Shown: positions 24,501 to 37,300 of the stretch, piece by piece
How the letters are laid out: each line of letters opens with the position of its first letter
How positions within the stretch are numbered: the stretch's first letter is position 1
Source: Octopus sinensis
Lineage: Eukaryota
Length of the DNA: 64,000 nucleotides
Assembly (NCBI RefSeq): GCF_006345805.1
Contig: NC_043003.1
Coordinates: 3,038,001-3,102,000 of the forward strand
Direction: 5' to 3'
Notes under the pieces: generated by a model
Told to the model about the DNA's origin: nothing
What the model saw: the letters and a program-made list of their open reading frames with translations, nothing else
Databases searched by the model: none
Made by a program: the position numbers and the translations under genes

Positions 24501-24981
24501 GTACCGCCTGACTGGCCCCGTGCCGGTGTTACGTAAAAGCACCCACTACACTCTCGGAGTGGTTGGTGTTAGGAAGGGGATCAAGATTGAAGCCTGGTGC
24601 AGCCATCTGGTTCGCCGGCCCTCAGTCAAAATCGTCCAACCCATGCTAGCGTGGAAAGCAGACGTTAAATGATGATGAATTTTGTTTTCTGCAAAAGCAA
24701 CGTTTTGGACATACGACACTTTTGCATAATAGTAACGGACATGTATTAAAAATTTCTCTATAATCAGATGTTATTACATGTTTGTATTTTCTGTTTTTCA
24801 GTATCGACGTTTGCTCCACAAACAGAGTGCTCTTAAGTATATGGGGAAGGTGGGAGCCAAACTCGGCCGGGACATGCGGAAGCTGGACAAATCCTATGAC
24901 CTTGATGCAACTAATGAAGTTTTTAATACTGCAAAAGAAAGGGATTCAACGAAGGAGGATCTTGACTCTGTAAAAATATGA
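10243..24981 (+). CDS. BRIX1: Ribosome biogenesis protein BRX1 (Brix domain), 10 exons, about 308 aa
   Basis: Exons 10243-10356, 11145-11256, 13164-13207, 15025-15095, 15270-15319, 17049-17122, 19724-19774, 20496-20631, 22575-22669, 24802-24981. All GT-AG and phase-consistent. Peptides KWINKQRVLVLATRGI, VCEMRNCNKC, GPSAKF, TGNCLKGSRP, HPKSQPFIDH, WFRNY and VEIGPRF match BRIX1 as recalled. Confidence 0.93.
11318..11612. mobile_element. Small MITE in BRIX1 intron 2
   Basis: Inverted termini TCGGTCCAGATGGA / TCCATCTGGACCGA. Confidence 0.55.
11760..11950 (-). mobile_element. SINE family C copy (gtaaaaagcacccactacactc...ccaacccatgctagcatggaaagcggacgttaaacgatgatgatg)
   Basis: Most abundant repeat in the window. 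Further copies at about 12560-12910, 15617-15803, 20300-20420, 21195-21510, 23980-24140, 24490-24680, 25080-25370, 25474-25850, 26630-27140, 28050-28310, 29680-30125, 31020-31440, 34880-35340, 37385-37490, 38920-39110, 41640-41830, 43620-43940 and 49340-49530. (GAT)n tails. Confidence 0.85.
13880..14860 (-). mobile_element. Highly degenerate retroelement-like (LINE-type) fragment
   Basis: Strong purine strand bias and broken frames with weak endonuclease-like text (YIHPYMPLTS). No diagnostic motif survives. Confidence 0.3.
15554..16972 (-). mobile_element. Decayed Tc1/mariner DNA transposon in BRIX1 intron 5, with a SINE inserted at 15617-15803
   Basis: Transposase pieces MTDLLDFQRGQIVGAR...FGVSRSTVSKV (HTH) and IFQDDKAPIH...WPPQSPNLNIIEHLW (DDE). 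Degenerate TIR CAGGGGTTGGACAAAA with TA at the left end. Confidence 0.85.
17656..18110. mobile_element. Foldback/MITE-like element with ~120-bp terminal inverted repeats
   Basis: 17656-17775 is the near reverse complement of 17990-18110. Confidence 0.8.
18540..19245 (+). mobile_element. 5'-truncated CR1-type LINE 3' end in BRIX1 intron 6
   Basis: VKDLGILVD...ANKARGVLFLIRRSF...LVRPILE, then EERLKTLDLYSLEKR.RGDLI. Frameshifted, with a short TTAAC tandem tail. Confidence 0.85.
23201..23675. mobile_element. Two adjacent piggyBac-type MITEs (23201-23422, 23454-23675)
   Basis: TTAA flanks and CCCTTT...AAAGGG termini. Third copy at 29067-29285. A related family occurs at about 22857-23087 and 42179-42594. 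Confidence 0.8.
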
Positions 24982-25368
24982 GGCGAATAAAGCTGGATTC
25001 TATTTTGTTTCTGATATGCTTTTTGTTATTACATCCAGTTTTTTTTTTTTTGTGTGTTAGCATGAGTTACACAAATACATCATCTGTTTTCCATGCTGGC
25101 AGGGGTTGGACGGTTTGACTGAGGTCTGGAGAGCCAGCAGCTGCACCACGCTCCGGTCTTATCTGGCAGAGTTTCTACAGCTGGATGCCCTTCCTAACAT
25201 CAACCACTCCGTGAGTGTAGTGGGTGTTTGTATGTGCCACCAGCACAGGGGCCTGTCAGGCGGTATTGGCAATGACCTCGCTCGAATCTTTTTACAGGTG
25301 CCAGTAAGTCACCATTGGTAACAATACGCTAGAATGGTGCTCGACACCCTACGAGCACGGGCACTTAC

Positions 25369-28300
25369 AATGGATGGTAGTTTTTATTTTCATATTCCTA
25401 TACAATTGTTTCTTACAAATGGACCCAGATATTCATAAATAGAGCATCGTAATGGTCAAATTCGTATTCTTCATCATCATCGTTTACCGTCTGCTTTCCA
25501 TGCTAGCATGGGTTGGATGGTTCAACTGGGGTCTGGGAAGCCAGAAGGCTGCACTAGGCCAGTCAGCTCTGGCAATGTTTCTACAGCTGGATGCCCTTCC
25601 TAACGTCAACCACTCCGTGAGTGTAGAGGGTGCTTTTTATGTGCCACCGACACAGGTGCCAGACGAGGCTGGCGAACGGCCATGCTCGGATGGTGCATTT
25701 TACGTGCCACCGGCACAGAGGCCAGTCGCGGCTGGCACGGCCATGATCAGATGGTGTTAGTTACGTGCCACCAGCACGGAGGCCAGTCGATGTGGTGCTG
25801 GCTACGGCCATGTTCTGATGGTTCTCTTATGTGTCACCGGCACAGGTACCATAGGAAAAAAAAAAAGATATTTAAAAAATACATAGGTTTTTTTTCTTAT
25901 CATTTTTAAGGGATTTTTATGTTCATTCTTGCAGTCACGCTTATTTGAATCCAAACTAAAATGCAATAAGACTTGGGTGTTAATACATCTAAGATTTAAT
26001 TTGTTCTCCTGTCTGTGAAATCCAATATATCTCTATTTAAAACTCCTTTTTACTGGTCAACCTGTATGTGTATGTACTTTGGGGAATTAGCAAATAAGGA
26101 GCCATCTGTTATTTCAGATTCGTATTTAATATTTCCCAACCGTCAACTCTCAGTTCGTCTAAGATTTTCAGTAAATAGGTTGTTGGTACCAGGATGTGGG
26201 AAGGATAAGAACTTTACAAAAGATATACGATATGAGTAAAGATGTATAAAAAGCAACCACTTACGTGATTGTCTTGTATAGAATAAATATTAATAGTCTA
26301 TAAAATCAGGTATTGAGTTGTTTTGTATTTAAGAAAAGTTTTGTTGATGTTTGGCGAAAATAAGTGTTTTTATTTGATTTTTATAGAGAGGAAATGGAAA
26401 TAATAATAATAAAAGATGGTGTGAGATCATTATTAATGTTGGGGAGGCAACAATTGAAATACTTGGATATTCTAAAACTAATGTATTTATACTTGCAAAG
26501 ATTTACGTGTACATACGTAAATACATGTGCACATGTATATATATATATATACTCATACACACACATATAGATATATATATATATACGCATGCACACATAT
26601 ACCCATACATGGACATTCCTACATACACATCATCATCGTCGTTTAGCGTCCGTTTTCCATGCTAGCATGGGTTGGACGGTTCTACTGGGGTCTGTGAAGC
26701 CAGAAGGCTTCATCAGGCCCAGTCAAATCTGGCAGTGTTTCTATGGCTGGATGCCCTTCCTAACGCCAACCACTCCGTGAGTGTAGTGGGTGCTTTTTAC
26801 GTGCCACCCGCACAGGTGCCAGACAGAGCTGGCAAACGGCCATGAATGGATGGTGCCTTTTATGTGCCACCGGCACGAGGGCCAGGCGAGGCTGGCAACG
26901 GACACGAAACGGGGCGGTGCTGGCAACGGTCGCGAAACGGAAGGTTCTCTTACATGCCACCGGCACTGGTAACACATCTGCAATTTCCATTGATCAATTT
27001 CCATTCTGATCCTCACTTGCCCAACGGGTCTTCACAAGTAGAGTTTCGACATGCCACCGGCACTGGTAACACATCTGCAATTTCCATTGATCGATTTCGA
27101 TTCTGATCCTCACTTGCCTCAACAGGTCTTCACAAGTAAAGTTTTGTGTCCCAAGAAGGGAAGGTATGCATACTTTATATATTTATAGACATAACATTGC
27201 ATTATATATTAATATCTAAATTGAAGAATTCTAACAAATATCCCAAAAGCCAGAATTGACAAATTGCTTTATAACCAAACAAAATGACTATAAAAGCTTT
27301 TTTGGACCCTTTAGATTAAAAAAAAAAAAAGCATGTATATCCCTGTTTTGTAAGTATGAAATACCTGTAGATTTAAGTATACGATCAGATCCATTTCTGA
27401 AGGTATATATATTTTTCTGATTGTACATGTAGACAATCTTAACCCCCCTGGATTGGGGACACGAGATTGCTGTATATATTGTCCAACCCATGCCAGCATG
27501 GAAAGCGGACGTTAAACGATGATGATATATATACACACACACACACGTGTGTATATGAATATGTATGTAGGTTATACCTTTCCGTTGCCAGTATACACAC
27601 ACATAAGAATCTATGGACTTATTCTCTGCGAGTGTGTAGATTCAAAGTGGCAAATACTCAATTTATAATTTCTACACAGAAGGATTTAAAACGTAGAATA
27701 TATTCTAATTGGGAAAATATGTAGGTGAGAGAAAATCTTTTACCATGTGTATTTGCTTGTGTGTGTATATGTATGTATATCTAGCTAAGTACACATGTAA
27801 TTCAGTATATGTTTTTATAAATGTTTATTCTATCTCAAAACGTATATGTATGCAGATCTATGGTTATATGACTATATGTATATATAAAATATACATCTGA
27901 ATGTCCAACCAGTTATACAAGTTAGAAATTATATAATTTTTAAAAAATGTGTGTGTGGGTATATATGTGTATATATATATATATAAAGATATGTATGTAA
28001 GAATGTACACACATGTATGGTTGTGTGTGTGTACCTATTTCTATATCAGTGTCATCATCATCATCATCATCGTTTAACGTCCGTTTTCCGCGCTAGCACG
28101 GGTTGGACGGTTTCGACCGGGGTCTGGCAGTGTTTCTACAGCTGGATGCCCTTCCTAATGCCAACCACTCCGCGAGTGTAGTGGGTGCTTTTTACGTGCC
28201 AGAGGGGTCTGGCATCGGCCACGGTCAGTTGGTGCTTTTTATGTGCCACCTGCACAGAAGCCAGTCGGGGCGGTGCTGGCATCGGCCACGTTCGGATGGT

Positions 28301-29412
28301 GCTTTTTATGTGGGGGGAGGGTGCAGAAATATAGGGGAGCACCAGTGGGGAGGGGTGTTCGGAGAAACGATGACAGGTTCTAGACAAGTAGAACGTAGTG
28401 TGTATATGTATTTACATATGTACACGTAAATCTTTGCACATCTGTGTAAGTATAAATACATTAGTTTTAGAATATCCAAGTATTTCAATTGTTGCCTCCC
28501 CAACATTAATAATGATCTCACACCATCTTTTATTATTATTATTTCCATTTCCTCTCTATAAAAATCAAATAAAAACACTTATTTTCGCCAAACATCAACA
28601 AAACTTTTCTTAAATACAAAACAGCACAATACCTGATTTTATAGACTATTAATATTTATTCTATACAAGACAATCACGTAAGTGGTTGCTTTTTATACAT
28701 CTTTACTCATATCGTATATCTTTTGTAAAGTTCTTATCCTTCCCACATCCTTGTGCCAACAACCTATTTACTGAAAATCTTAGACGAACTGAGAGTTGAC
28801 GGTTGGGAAATATTAAATACGAATCTGAAATAACAGATGGCTCCTTATTTGCTAATTCCCCAAAGTACATACACATACAGGTTGACCAGTAAAAAGGAGT
28901 TTTAAATAGAGATATATATTGGATTTCGCAGACAGGAGAACAAATTAAATCTTAGATGTATTAACACCCAAGTCTTATTGCATTTTAGTTTGGATTCAAA
29001 TAAGCGTGACTGCAAGAATGAACATAAAAATGATAGCTAAGAAAAAAAAAACCTACGTATATTTTAACCCTTTCGTTACTGTATATATTTTCAGATGCTC
29101 TGTGTTTCTTCCAATTATTTTAAATATAACAACGAATTTAGTAAAATAATATCATTATAATTAAGCTAGTTTTAGGAACATAAATTGTGACTAAGGTTTT
29201 GGTGGAAGACTTTAATTCAAAACTTTTGAAAACCAGGCATCTGTATGAGTCAGAGCCGGTTTCAGCCAGGTTGGTAATGAAAGGGTTAAATGTCTTTTTA
29301 TTTTCCTTTAAATATTACCAACTGAAGAATACGATGTTCTATTTATGAATATCTGGGTCCATTTGTAAGAAACATTTGTATAGGAATATGAAAATAAGAA
29401 CTAACATCCATT
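25369..29412. repeat. Large inverted duplication (arms about 25369-26526 and 28402-29412)
   Basis: 25915-26526 is the near-identical reverse complement of 28402-29030. Outer parts also match across arm-specific insertions. Confidence 0.9.
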
Positions 29413-30249
29413 CTCCTTCATTTTATAAATATGAATGAATTTGTTGAACTTCATTTAATAAGTCATATACTGATTATTTAGATACAAGCTTTCATACTTA
29501 TACGATTTTTGTAAAAAAAAATTCAAATTTAAAATATGAAGAAAGACCTAAGAAATCTAAGGAAAAAATTCCAGTTAAAGGACAAACTTACATTCATATG
29601 CTTATATATATATAAAGCTTAGGGACCCTTTCATATGGTCAGAGATTTAGGGACATCCTAATTGAGAAATTTTGATTGGCACGAGTGCCACTGGAACGTT
29701 AAAAACACATTTGAATGCAATCGTTGCCAGGGCCACAGAGTGGCTGCTGTGCTGGTGGCACGTAAAAAGCACCGTTCAAGCGTGATTGTTGCCAGCGTCG
29801 CCTTACCTGTGCCGGTGGCATGTGAATAACAACATTCGAGCATGGTCGTTGCCTGTGCCACCGGACTGGCTCCTGTGCAGGTAGCATGTAAAAAACACCT
29901 TTTGAGTGTGGTCATTGCCAGAACCGCCTGACTAGCCCGTGCCGGTGGCATGTAAAAAGCACCCACAACACTCTTGGAGTGGTTGGCGTTAGGAAGGGCA
30001 TCCAGCTGTAGAAACTTTGTCAGATCAAGATTGGAGCCTGGTGCAGCCATCTGGCTCATCAGTCCTCAGTCAAACATCCAACCCATGCTAGCAGGGAAAG
30101 CGGATGTTGAACGATGATGATGATGAGAGGGAGGAACAGCTGGAATTCCTGCGGGAGAGCTTGCAGAGTGCCACAGACCAACTCTGGTTGGTGCAAAGTC
30201 CTTTCCAGACACAGGGTAACATAGTGATAGAAGAATACCGTAGACAGGG

Positions 30250-31010
30250 CCATTAGAGCAATAAGCTTGGAAGAGTGGGGCAGCAGGGAACTATCAGATA
30301 GCTAGGAGACAGATATACCTAGTGAAGGGAGTAGCAGAAAAGAAAAAGTTTACCTATATTCAGTGACGGGAGGACCAAAGAATTGGTCCAAAGTGTTTCG
30401 GATTGCAAGACAGTGTGCGAGAAAAAATTGTGATGTCATAGGAGAGAGATGAGTCCGGGTGGATGATGGTTCACTTGCATTTAATGATTCTGCAAAGAAA
30501 GAGACTTGGAGATGCCATTATGAAAGACTGCTGAATGGGAAGAGGAGAGTCTGCCAAATGTTGACCCAATCGAGGGACCAGCTATCTGAAATGACAGTAC
30601 CTTGGTAGATAAAGCAATGAAGGATATGAAGACAGAGAAAGTCCCCAGCCCTTCTGGAATCACTGATGAGATGCTTAAATATCTGGTGGTGTGGGTTATA
30701 GTCTAGTCACCTGTATTGTAAATTAGGTGGTTCGTGAAGGAGTCATACCCAATGACTGGTGTAGCAGCAGCACCATAGTCAGCTGCTACAAAGGTAAAGG
30801 TGATGCCTTAGATAGAAATAATTACAGAGGTATCAAATTGTTGGATCAGGTGATGAAAGTTGCAGAGAGAGTCATAACCCAACTAATTAGGGAGAGAGTC
30901 TGCTTAGATGAGATACAGTTTGGTTTTGTGCCAGGGAGATGTACCACTGATGCTGTATTTCTAATAAGGCAAATGCAGGAGAAATACCTGGCCAAGGATA
31001 AACCTTTGCG
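30250..31010 (+). mobile_element. RTE-clade LINE RT fragment
   Basis: IPNDWC...CYKGKGDALDRNNYRGIKLLDQVMKV...QFGFVPGRCTTDAVFLIRQMQEKYL. Confidence 0.85.
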
Positions 31011-34000
31011 CTTGGCTAGTGACTGAAACTTTTGGCAATGTGCTCTGCTTGAGAGGAGCCGTCAAGCCAAGTGCTACTATGCTGGTGGCATGTAAAAGAA
31101 AAATCAACTTTTGAACATTGGGCCTCATGGAAGCAAAGTGGCTGAGTATCTTTCAAGCATTGGGCCTGACGGATGCGAGGTGGCTGAGTTCCTTTTGAGT
31201 GTTGGGTCTCATGCAGGCAATAACCAAGACCTTTGGCATTATGTCGTGCTTGAGTAGAAGACTCATCAAGCCGAGCAAAGTCGCAGTCGTGGCAGATACT
31301 GGTGTCACGCAAATGGCACGTAAAAGCACCCACAACACTCTTGGAGTGGTTGGCATTAGGAAGGGCTGTAGAAATGACTGGATGCTGGCGCAGCCTTCCA
31401 GTGTGCCAGCAAGGACAATGGATGTTTGATGATGATGATATATATAACGTGTGAGACCAGTACTTGACAACTGGTGATGGTTTGTTTATGTTCCTGTAAC
31501 CTAGCAGTTTGGAAAAAAGATATCAATAGAAATATGTACTGGGATGAAATTAAAATAATAATCCAAATGTTTCAAATTATTCGCTTCACTGATTTAGTAA
31601 AAAACTTTGAATAACAATAATTTGAACCCGTTTATTTCTAAAATACCCATATTTTCTAATTGTCTTAAATTGTTGCTCACACTGAAATCGCCCGACTAAA
31701 AACCTCATTTCACGTGGCTATGATGATGATGATGTCTAAAAGATCGATATCTCTGCCTCATCCAGAAACAAATGTTCAAATCCCTCACCAACTAATCCAG
31801 TGGCTCCCCACCTTTTCACTATCAAGGACCTCTTTTATGTAAATGAGTTTTCCCATGGACACCAGGACACAAGGCCCGAAATTTTTGGGGAGGGAGACAG
31901 TCGAATAGATCAACCCCACTATGCAACTGGTACTTATTTCATCAACTCCGAAAGGATGAAAGCCAAAGTCGACCCCAGCGGAATTTGAATTCAGAACGTA
32001 ACGACAGGCGAAATACCGATAAGCATTTGTTTCTGCCAGCTCGCTGTCTTGGACCCCTGGATATTGAAAGCTCTGTCTGCCTAACATGTTCACAGACCCC
32101 CAAGGATCTGCCGACCACAGGTCGGGAACCACTCAACGAAATGCTTAAATTAACTTAAAGATTCTAAAATATTTCTTAATTACCTCCCCTTTTCTATGAA
32201 GGTCATAGTTTGTACTTTTTACTTGCTTCAGGCATTAAACTGGCCATGCTGGAGCACTACTTTTAGTCAAATGAGTTGACTTTTTCTTTAAAGCCTGCTA
32301 TTTATCCCGTTGGCCATTTCTGGAGTGCATCCATTGAAACACATGTAGAAGACTTCGAGATATAAATGGTTCAACAACATCATGAGTGTTCTCCTCTCTC
32401 TATTTATACTTACACAACTAGGCTTTTAACAGTTTCCGTCTGCCAAATCCACTCACAAGGCTTTGGTCAGCCTGAGGCTATAGTAGACGACACTTGCCTA
32501 AGGTGCTACACGTTGGGATTGAACCTGGAACCTTGTGGTTGGGAAGCAGACTTCTTACCACACAGCTGCACTTGTGCCTATAATTACCAAGTTCTTGTTA
32601 AGCAAGAAGGAATTCTCAAGACCTCTTTCATGCTTAGTAACATCTAAGTTTATGCCATTAGCTTTTTGCATTATTTCTGTCGATTTTGTATTAAAAAATC
32701 AAATGCTAAATTTTAATGAAACTAATAAATGAGACCTGACTACTCAGCAGTTTTCTAAAACCAAATGGCAGAGTCCAAAGATTCTGGAAAATATTTGCCA
32801 AAACAGACCTCCACATTGAAAACATTCATCTTTTAAATAATAAATGACAAAATACTTAAAATCAGAATCTAGTGACAAAGTTATGAATTGTGTCCTGTGA
32901 AGTGACTCCCCCCCACCCCGCCTTCTTTATGCTCATGTAATAGAAATGTTTGTCTTTGAAAAATGAAAGGGCACATCTGGAATATTTAGAATTGAGGGTT
33001 TGCTAAACTACAGCTACGGTTCTTGCTGTTAAATATCGCTCAGTTGCTGCTAGGAAGGTTCATGCAATTCTCTTCTGAAGCTGCCAAATTAAAAGGTTGC
33101 AGAGAATTTAGTTAACAATTCCAAAAGAATGTTCTAGCAATGTGTTATTTTCTTACAAAATTTCTATATAATGATAGCAGATAGAGGTAGAGAGAGATAA
33201 TATAAGAAACGCAGAATAAATGCACATACTAGGCTTGGTGGCAGGTAAGTGTTAGTTAGTTTGTTTTTTTTTTCCTCCTCTTTGCTTGTTTCTTATTCTT
33301 TTTTTTTGTCTTTTACTTTCTTTGTCATCTCCTGTGATAATTAACACACCTACCATACCGACCTGGACATCTTAAAAAAATTCCCAGTTCTTCTCACCAT
33401 CTGTAAAGAATTCAGCCAGAAATATTCCTTTCCGCTTCATCTTATCCCACAAATTACACAAATCTAAGTGAAATAAAATCAATTTTTACATCAATTATGT
33501 GCAGAGCTTGTTCTAAATGATGAAATATTCAATTAGCCATTAATTTATAATTTATTCATTGTTTTTTGTCTTTTTAAAGTTTCTTTATTCTTAAACATCA
33601 TTGACATTATGATCAGCTATCTTGGAAGGAATGTACAATGTCTGTGTGTCCATGTTTATGAAATAAAGTATTTGTTTATTTGGAACACCTGGTCTTTTGT
33701 ACCTGGTCATTGGAATGTTTTGATCACAGTAAAACTTCTACAGAAAAACACAAGACGGTAACCACACCAGTCATTGAAAGGAGACTCTATATGATTGCTC
33801 AACCTGCGAGAAGTAGCAGCTAAATCTTCCTCAATACACATTATACCATCTTAGGAAAAAAAAAAAGAGGGGACACACATTGAATAAGTTTTTAAAAAAT
33901 CCCCCCAAAAGACAAATAGTCGGAGCTGATGCTGGGCTAAAAATAACTTGAAATGTATTTCAGCTCCATCATTAATTATATTAATTCTTATAAAATCTTT

Positions 34001-34311
34001 TGATTACGTTGCAGCATGATGTTTTAATTAATCCTATTTAATCTTTGACTGTATTTCCTACTTTGTTATTGCTTGTCTTGTCGGATTCTCCATTCAGCAG
34101 AGCAGGAAGAGATCGGGATTATCTCCAGCGGACATTGGTGTGTTGGTGACAGAACACAGACTAACTTGACTAAGAAACCTATTTAGTCAAAGTAACTCCT
34201 TGCATTTCCTTTCAAAATGTAGAAGAAATATGATCAGATTGTGGCCATGGCCCTTGACGGCCCTCTGACACCAGTGAGATCGAGACACCAAATGGAAAGC
34301 CCTCCTCTACA

Positions 34312-37300
34312 TCACAAAAGAACTGCAATGCCTGTATCACAACGACCGGTCCTCATCGAAGGACCTGCTGTCCATTTGTTTGTTTGCGGATTGTAACATT
34401 CTGAAGTGTAATGAGTTGTAGGTGCCATATACTGACCAATGAGACCCTTCTCTGTAAACCAGCCACCAAAAACATAAATGATATTGTCAACAGTAACCAC
34501 ACTGGCTCCAGCTCGGTTGGACAGCATCGGTGGGATAATGCTCCAGCTGTCCTGGAAGAATACAAAATAGAAATGAAATGAAAAATAGTTTAATTCAGTA
34601 ATGAAAATATTTTGAATTATAAAGAGTAAAAAGATATAATGTTTTAAATAGTCACGAAGAGAAGTTAGTTAACAAAAATAGAACAGCTCTCGTAGTGACT
34701 TTTAACCTGAGCAATAGTGGCCTCTTGGAGGTACTGTGAGTTGATAAGGGATGGCCATGAAGACAGAGCATTGGTTGTTTAGAGATGTGACTTTTTTTTA
34801 AAAATAAAATATTGAAACCAGGTACAATATCTTTATTTTAAACATTTAAAATAAAATAATCAAAATCACTGACGTGGCCGATGACCGTACCACCTGATTG
34901 GTACTTGTACCAGTGGAACGTTAAAAGCACATCTGAACATGATAGTTACGAGGGCCACAGATTGGCACCCATGCTGGTGGCACGTAAAAAGTATCATTCG
35001 AGCAGGATCGTTGCTAGCGTCACCTTACTGGCACATGTAAATAACAACATTCGAACGTGGTCATTGCCAGTACCACTGGATTGGCTCCTGTGCAGGTAGC
35101 ACATAAAAATACCTTTTGAGGGTCATTGCCAGAACCGCCTGACTGGCCCTCATGCTGGTGGCACGTAAAAGCACCCACTACACTCACTGAGTGGTTGGCG
35201 TTAGGAAAGGCATCCAGCTGTAGAAACTCTGCCAGATCAGATTGGAGCCTGGTGCAGCCTTCTGACTCACCAGTCCTCAGTCAAACCTTCCAATCCATGC
35301 TAGTCTGGAAAGCGGACATTAAACGAAGATGATGATGATGAGATTAACAAAAAGAGTAGGATATTGTGTTATCAATGACGATGCACCAAGGTCCAATGTA
35401 ATTTTATAATATACGCTGTGTCACCCCCAATAGTAATTTCCTTAAAAATTTAACCTTAGTGGCACTAGTTCATGCAAATAATGATATAAGGAAATATGGA
35501 TATTAAACCATGGCACAAATTTAGTTTCTGTTTGATATAATCCCCCACCACCACCAAATATGGAAGGTTGAGAGATTATGAGGGTATTTGTAGAATAGGA
35601 TTCTGTAAAAGGGAGTGCTGAGCTACAAATTGAGATTTATAGGGATGCAGACAGATGAGTAAAGTGGAATAGAATAAATGGGAAAGAAGCTGGCCAAAAG
35701 GGAAGAACGAAAGGAATTAGAGAAAGTTCATTGTTTGTTGAGATGAGAAAAGAAAAAAAAGATGGAGAAGTTGGCAAAGCATTGATGAGGGGATGAAGTG
35801 TTTGTAAGAATATAATTAGCAGCCTTTAAAGAAAATGTGCAAGTCTACACCACTTCATACTTTGCAGAGAGCATGAAGACAGATGTTGCCAAGATGACAT
35901 TGGTCAACGAAGTAGCAACAGGCAGGGAGCTTCCATAGCATCTCGGAGGGGGGGGGGTAAGAATCAGTTGAATACATCACTGCCCAGTGTTTGCCTGCGA
36001 TTTATTTTATATTAATCTGATGAAGGTGAAAGAGAAAGTGGACTGTGGACAGATTCACGTTCAGAATATCAAACTAAACACTTGCAAGCATTTCGGTTTA
36101 ACACTCTACAAATTCTACCAATATAAAAGGAACAGCTAATAAGTCTATCCTCGTTTATCACGGGGAGGGGGTGGGGTGCAGTGATAAATGAATCGTCTCT
36201 AAGCACTTTGGACAGAGAATGGATGGTAGGTTCATTGACATCAAACTCCTGACCCACAACAGCAAAGCTTCTACCTTCACGCATTTTCTCTACCCTTTTC
36301 TGTTGACAGAACATTTATTTGCATGGTTTGTTAGGGTCAGCCACCTTCATCTTTATCCTGTTCACTGGCCCCATGTTAAGGGATACAACAAATACATAAA
36401 TCCATATAAAAAACACATGGAACATGCCGCATTATGATGTAAACATGGGCAGGTGAGCACTGTAGGTGGTTGTTGGGCCACGTTTTTGTGATAGAAACAG
36501 AATCTTAGGTGTAGGAGTGGCTGTGTGGTAAGTAGCTTGCTTACGAACCACATGGTTCCAGGTTCAGTCCCACTGCGTGGCACCTTGGGCAAGTGTCTTC
36601 TACTATAGCCTTTGGCTGATCAAAGCCTTGAGTGGATTTGGTAGACGGAAACTGAAAGAAGCCCGTCGTATATATGTATATATATATATGTATGTTTGTG
36701 TGTTTGTGTTTGTCTCCCCCAACTTTGCTTGACAACCGATGCTGGTGTGCTTACATCCCCATAACTTAGCAGTTTGACAAAAGAGACCGATAGAATAAGT
36801 ACTAGGCTTACAAAGAATAAGTCCTGGGGTCGATTTGCTCAACTAAAGGCGGTGCTCCAGCATGGCCACAGTCAAATTACCGAAACAAGTAAAAGGTCGG
36901 CAATCGGTCAGTAAGAAGTGCAACACATTTCACAAATGAGCAAAACTTTGTTATCCCCGACCAAAGAATCAGAGATAAATAAGGAACAGAGATGCTGGAT
37001 GAAGAAATACCATCATTCCATACTTACGGTGTCAATACAATATTTTTCGACAACATCCAGGGCCCCTTCGTGTTCATTACAGCCACCAACCGCATAAATA
37101 TAGTTATCAATGATGGTTACAGCCACATGGCTTCTCCGTGTTGGCATGTCTCTCAGAACGGTCCATTCTTTGGTGACGGGGTTGTAGCACTCAGTAGTCT
37201 TCAACTCAATGCCAGAATAATCAGCACCACCAATCAAATAGAATAATCCTAAAATTATATTTTAAAATAAAATAAAATAACAAAATATGTTTCCATAAAA

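Noticed and set aside
26944-27140. ~100-bp tandem duplication
   Set aside because: Local duplication within a SINE tail; ordinary.
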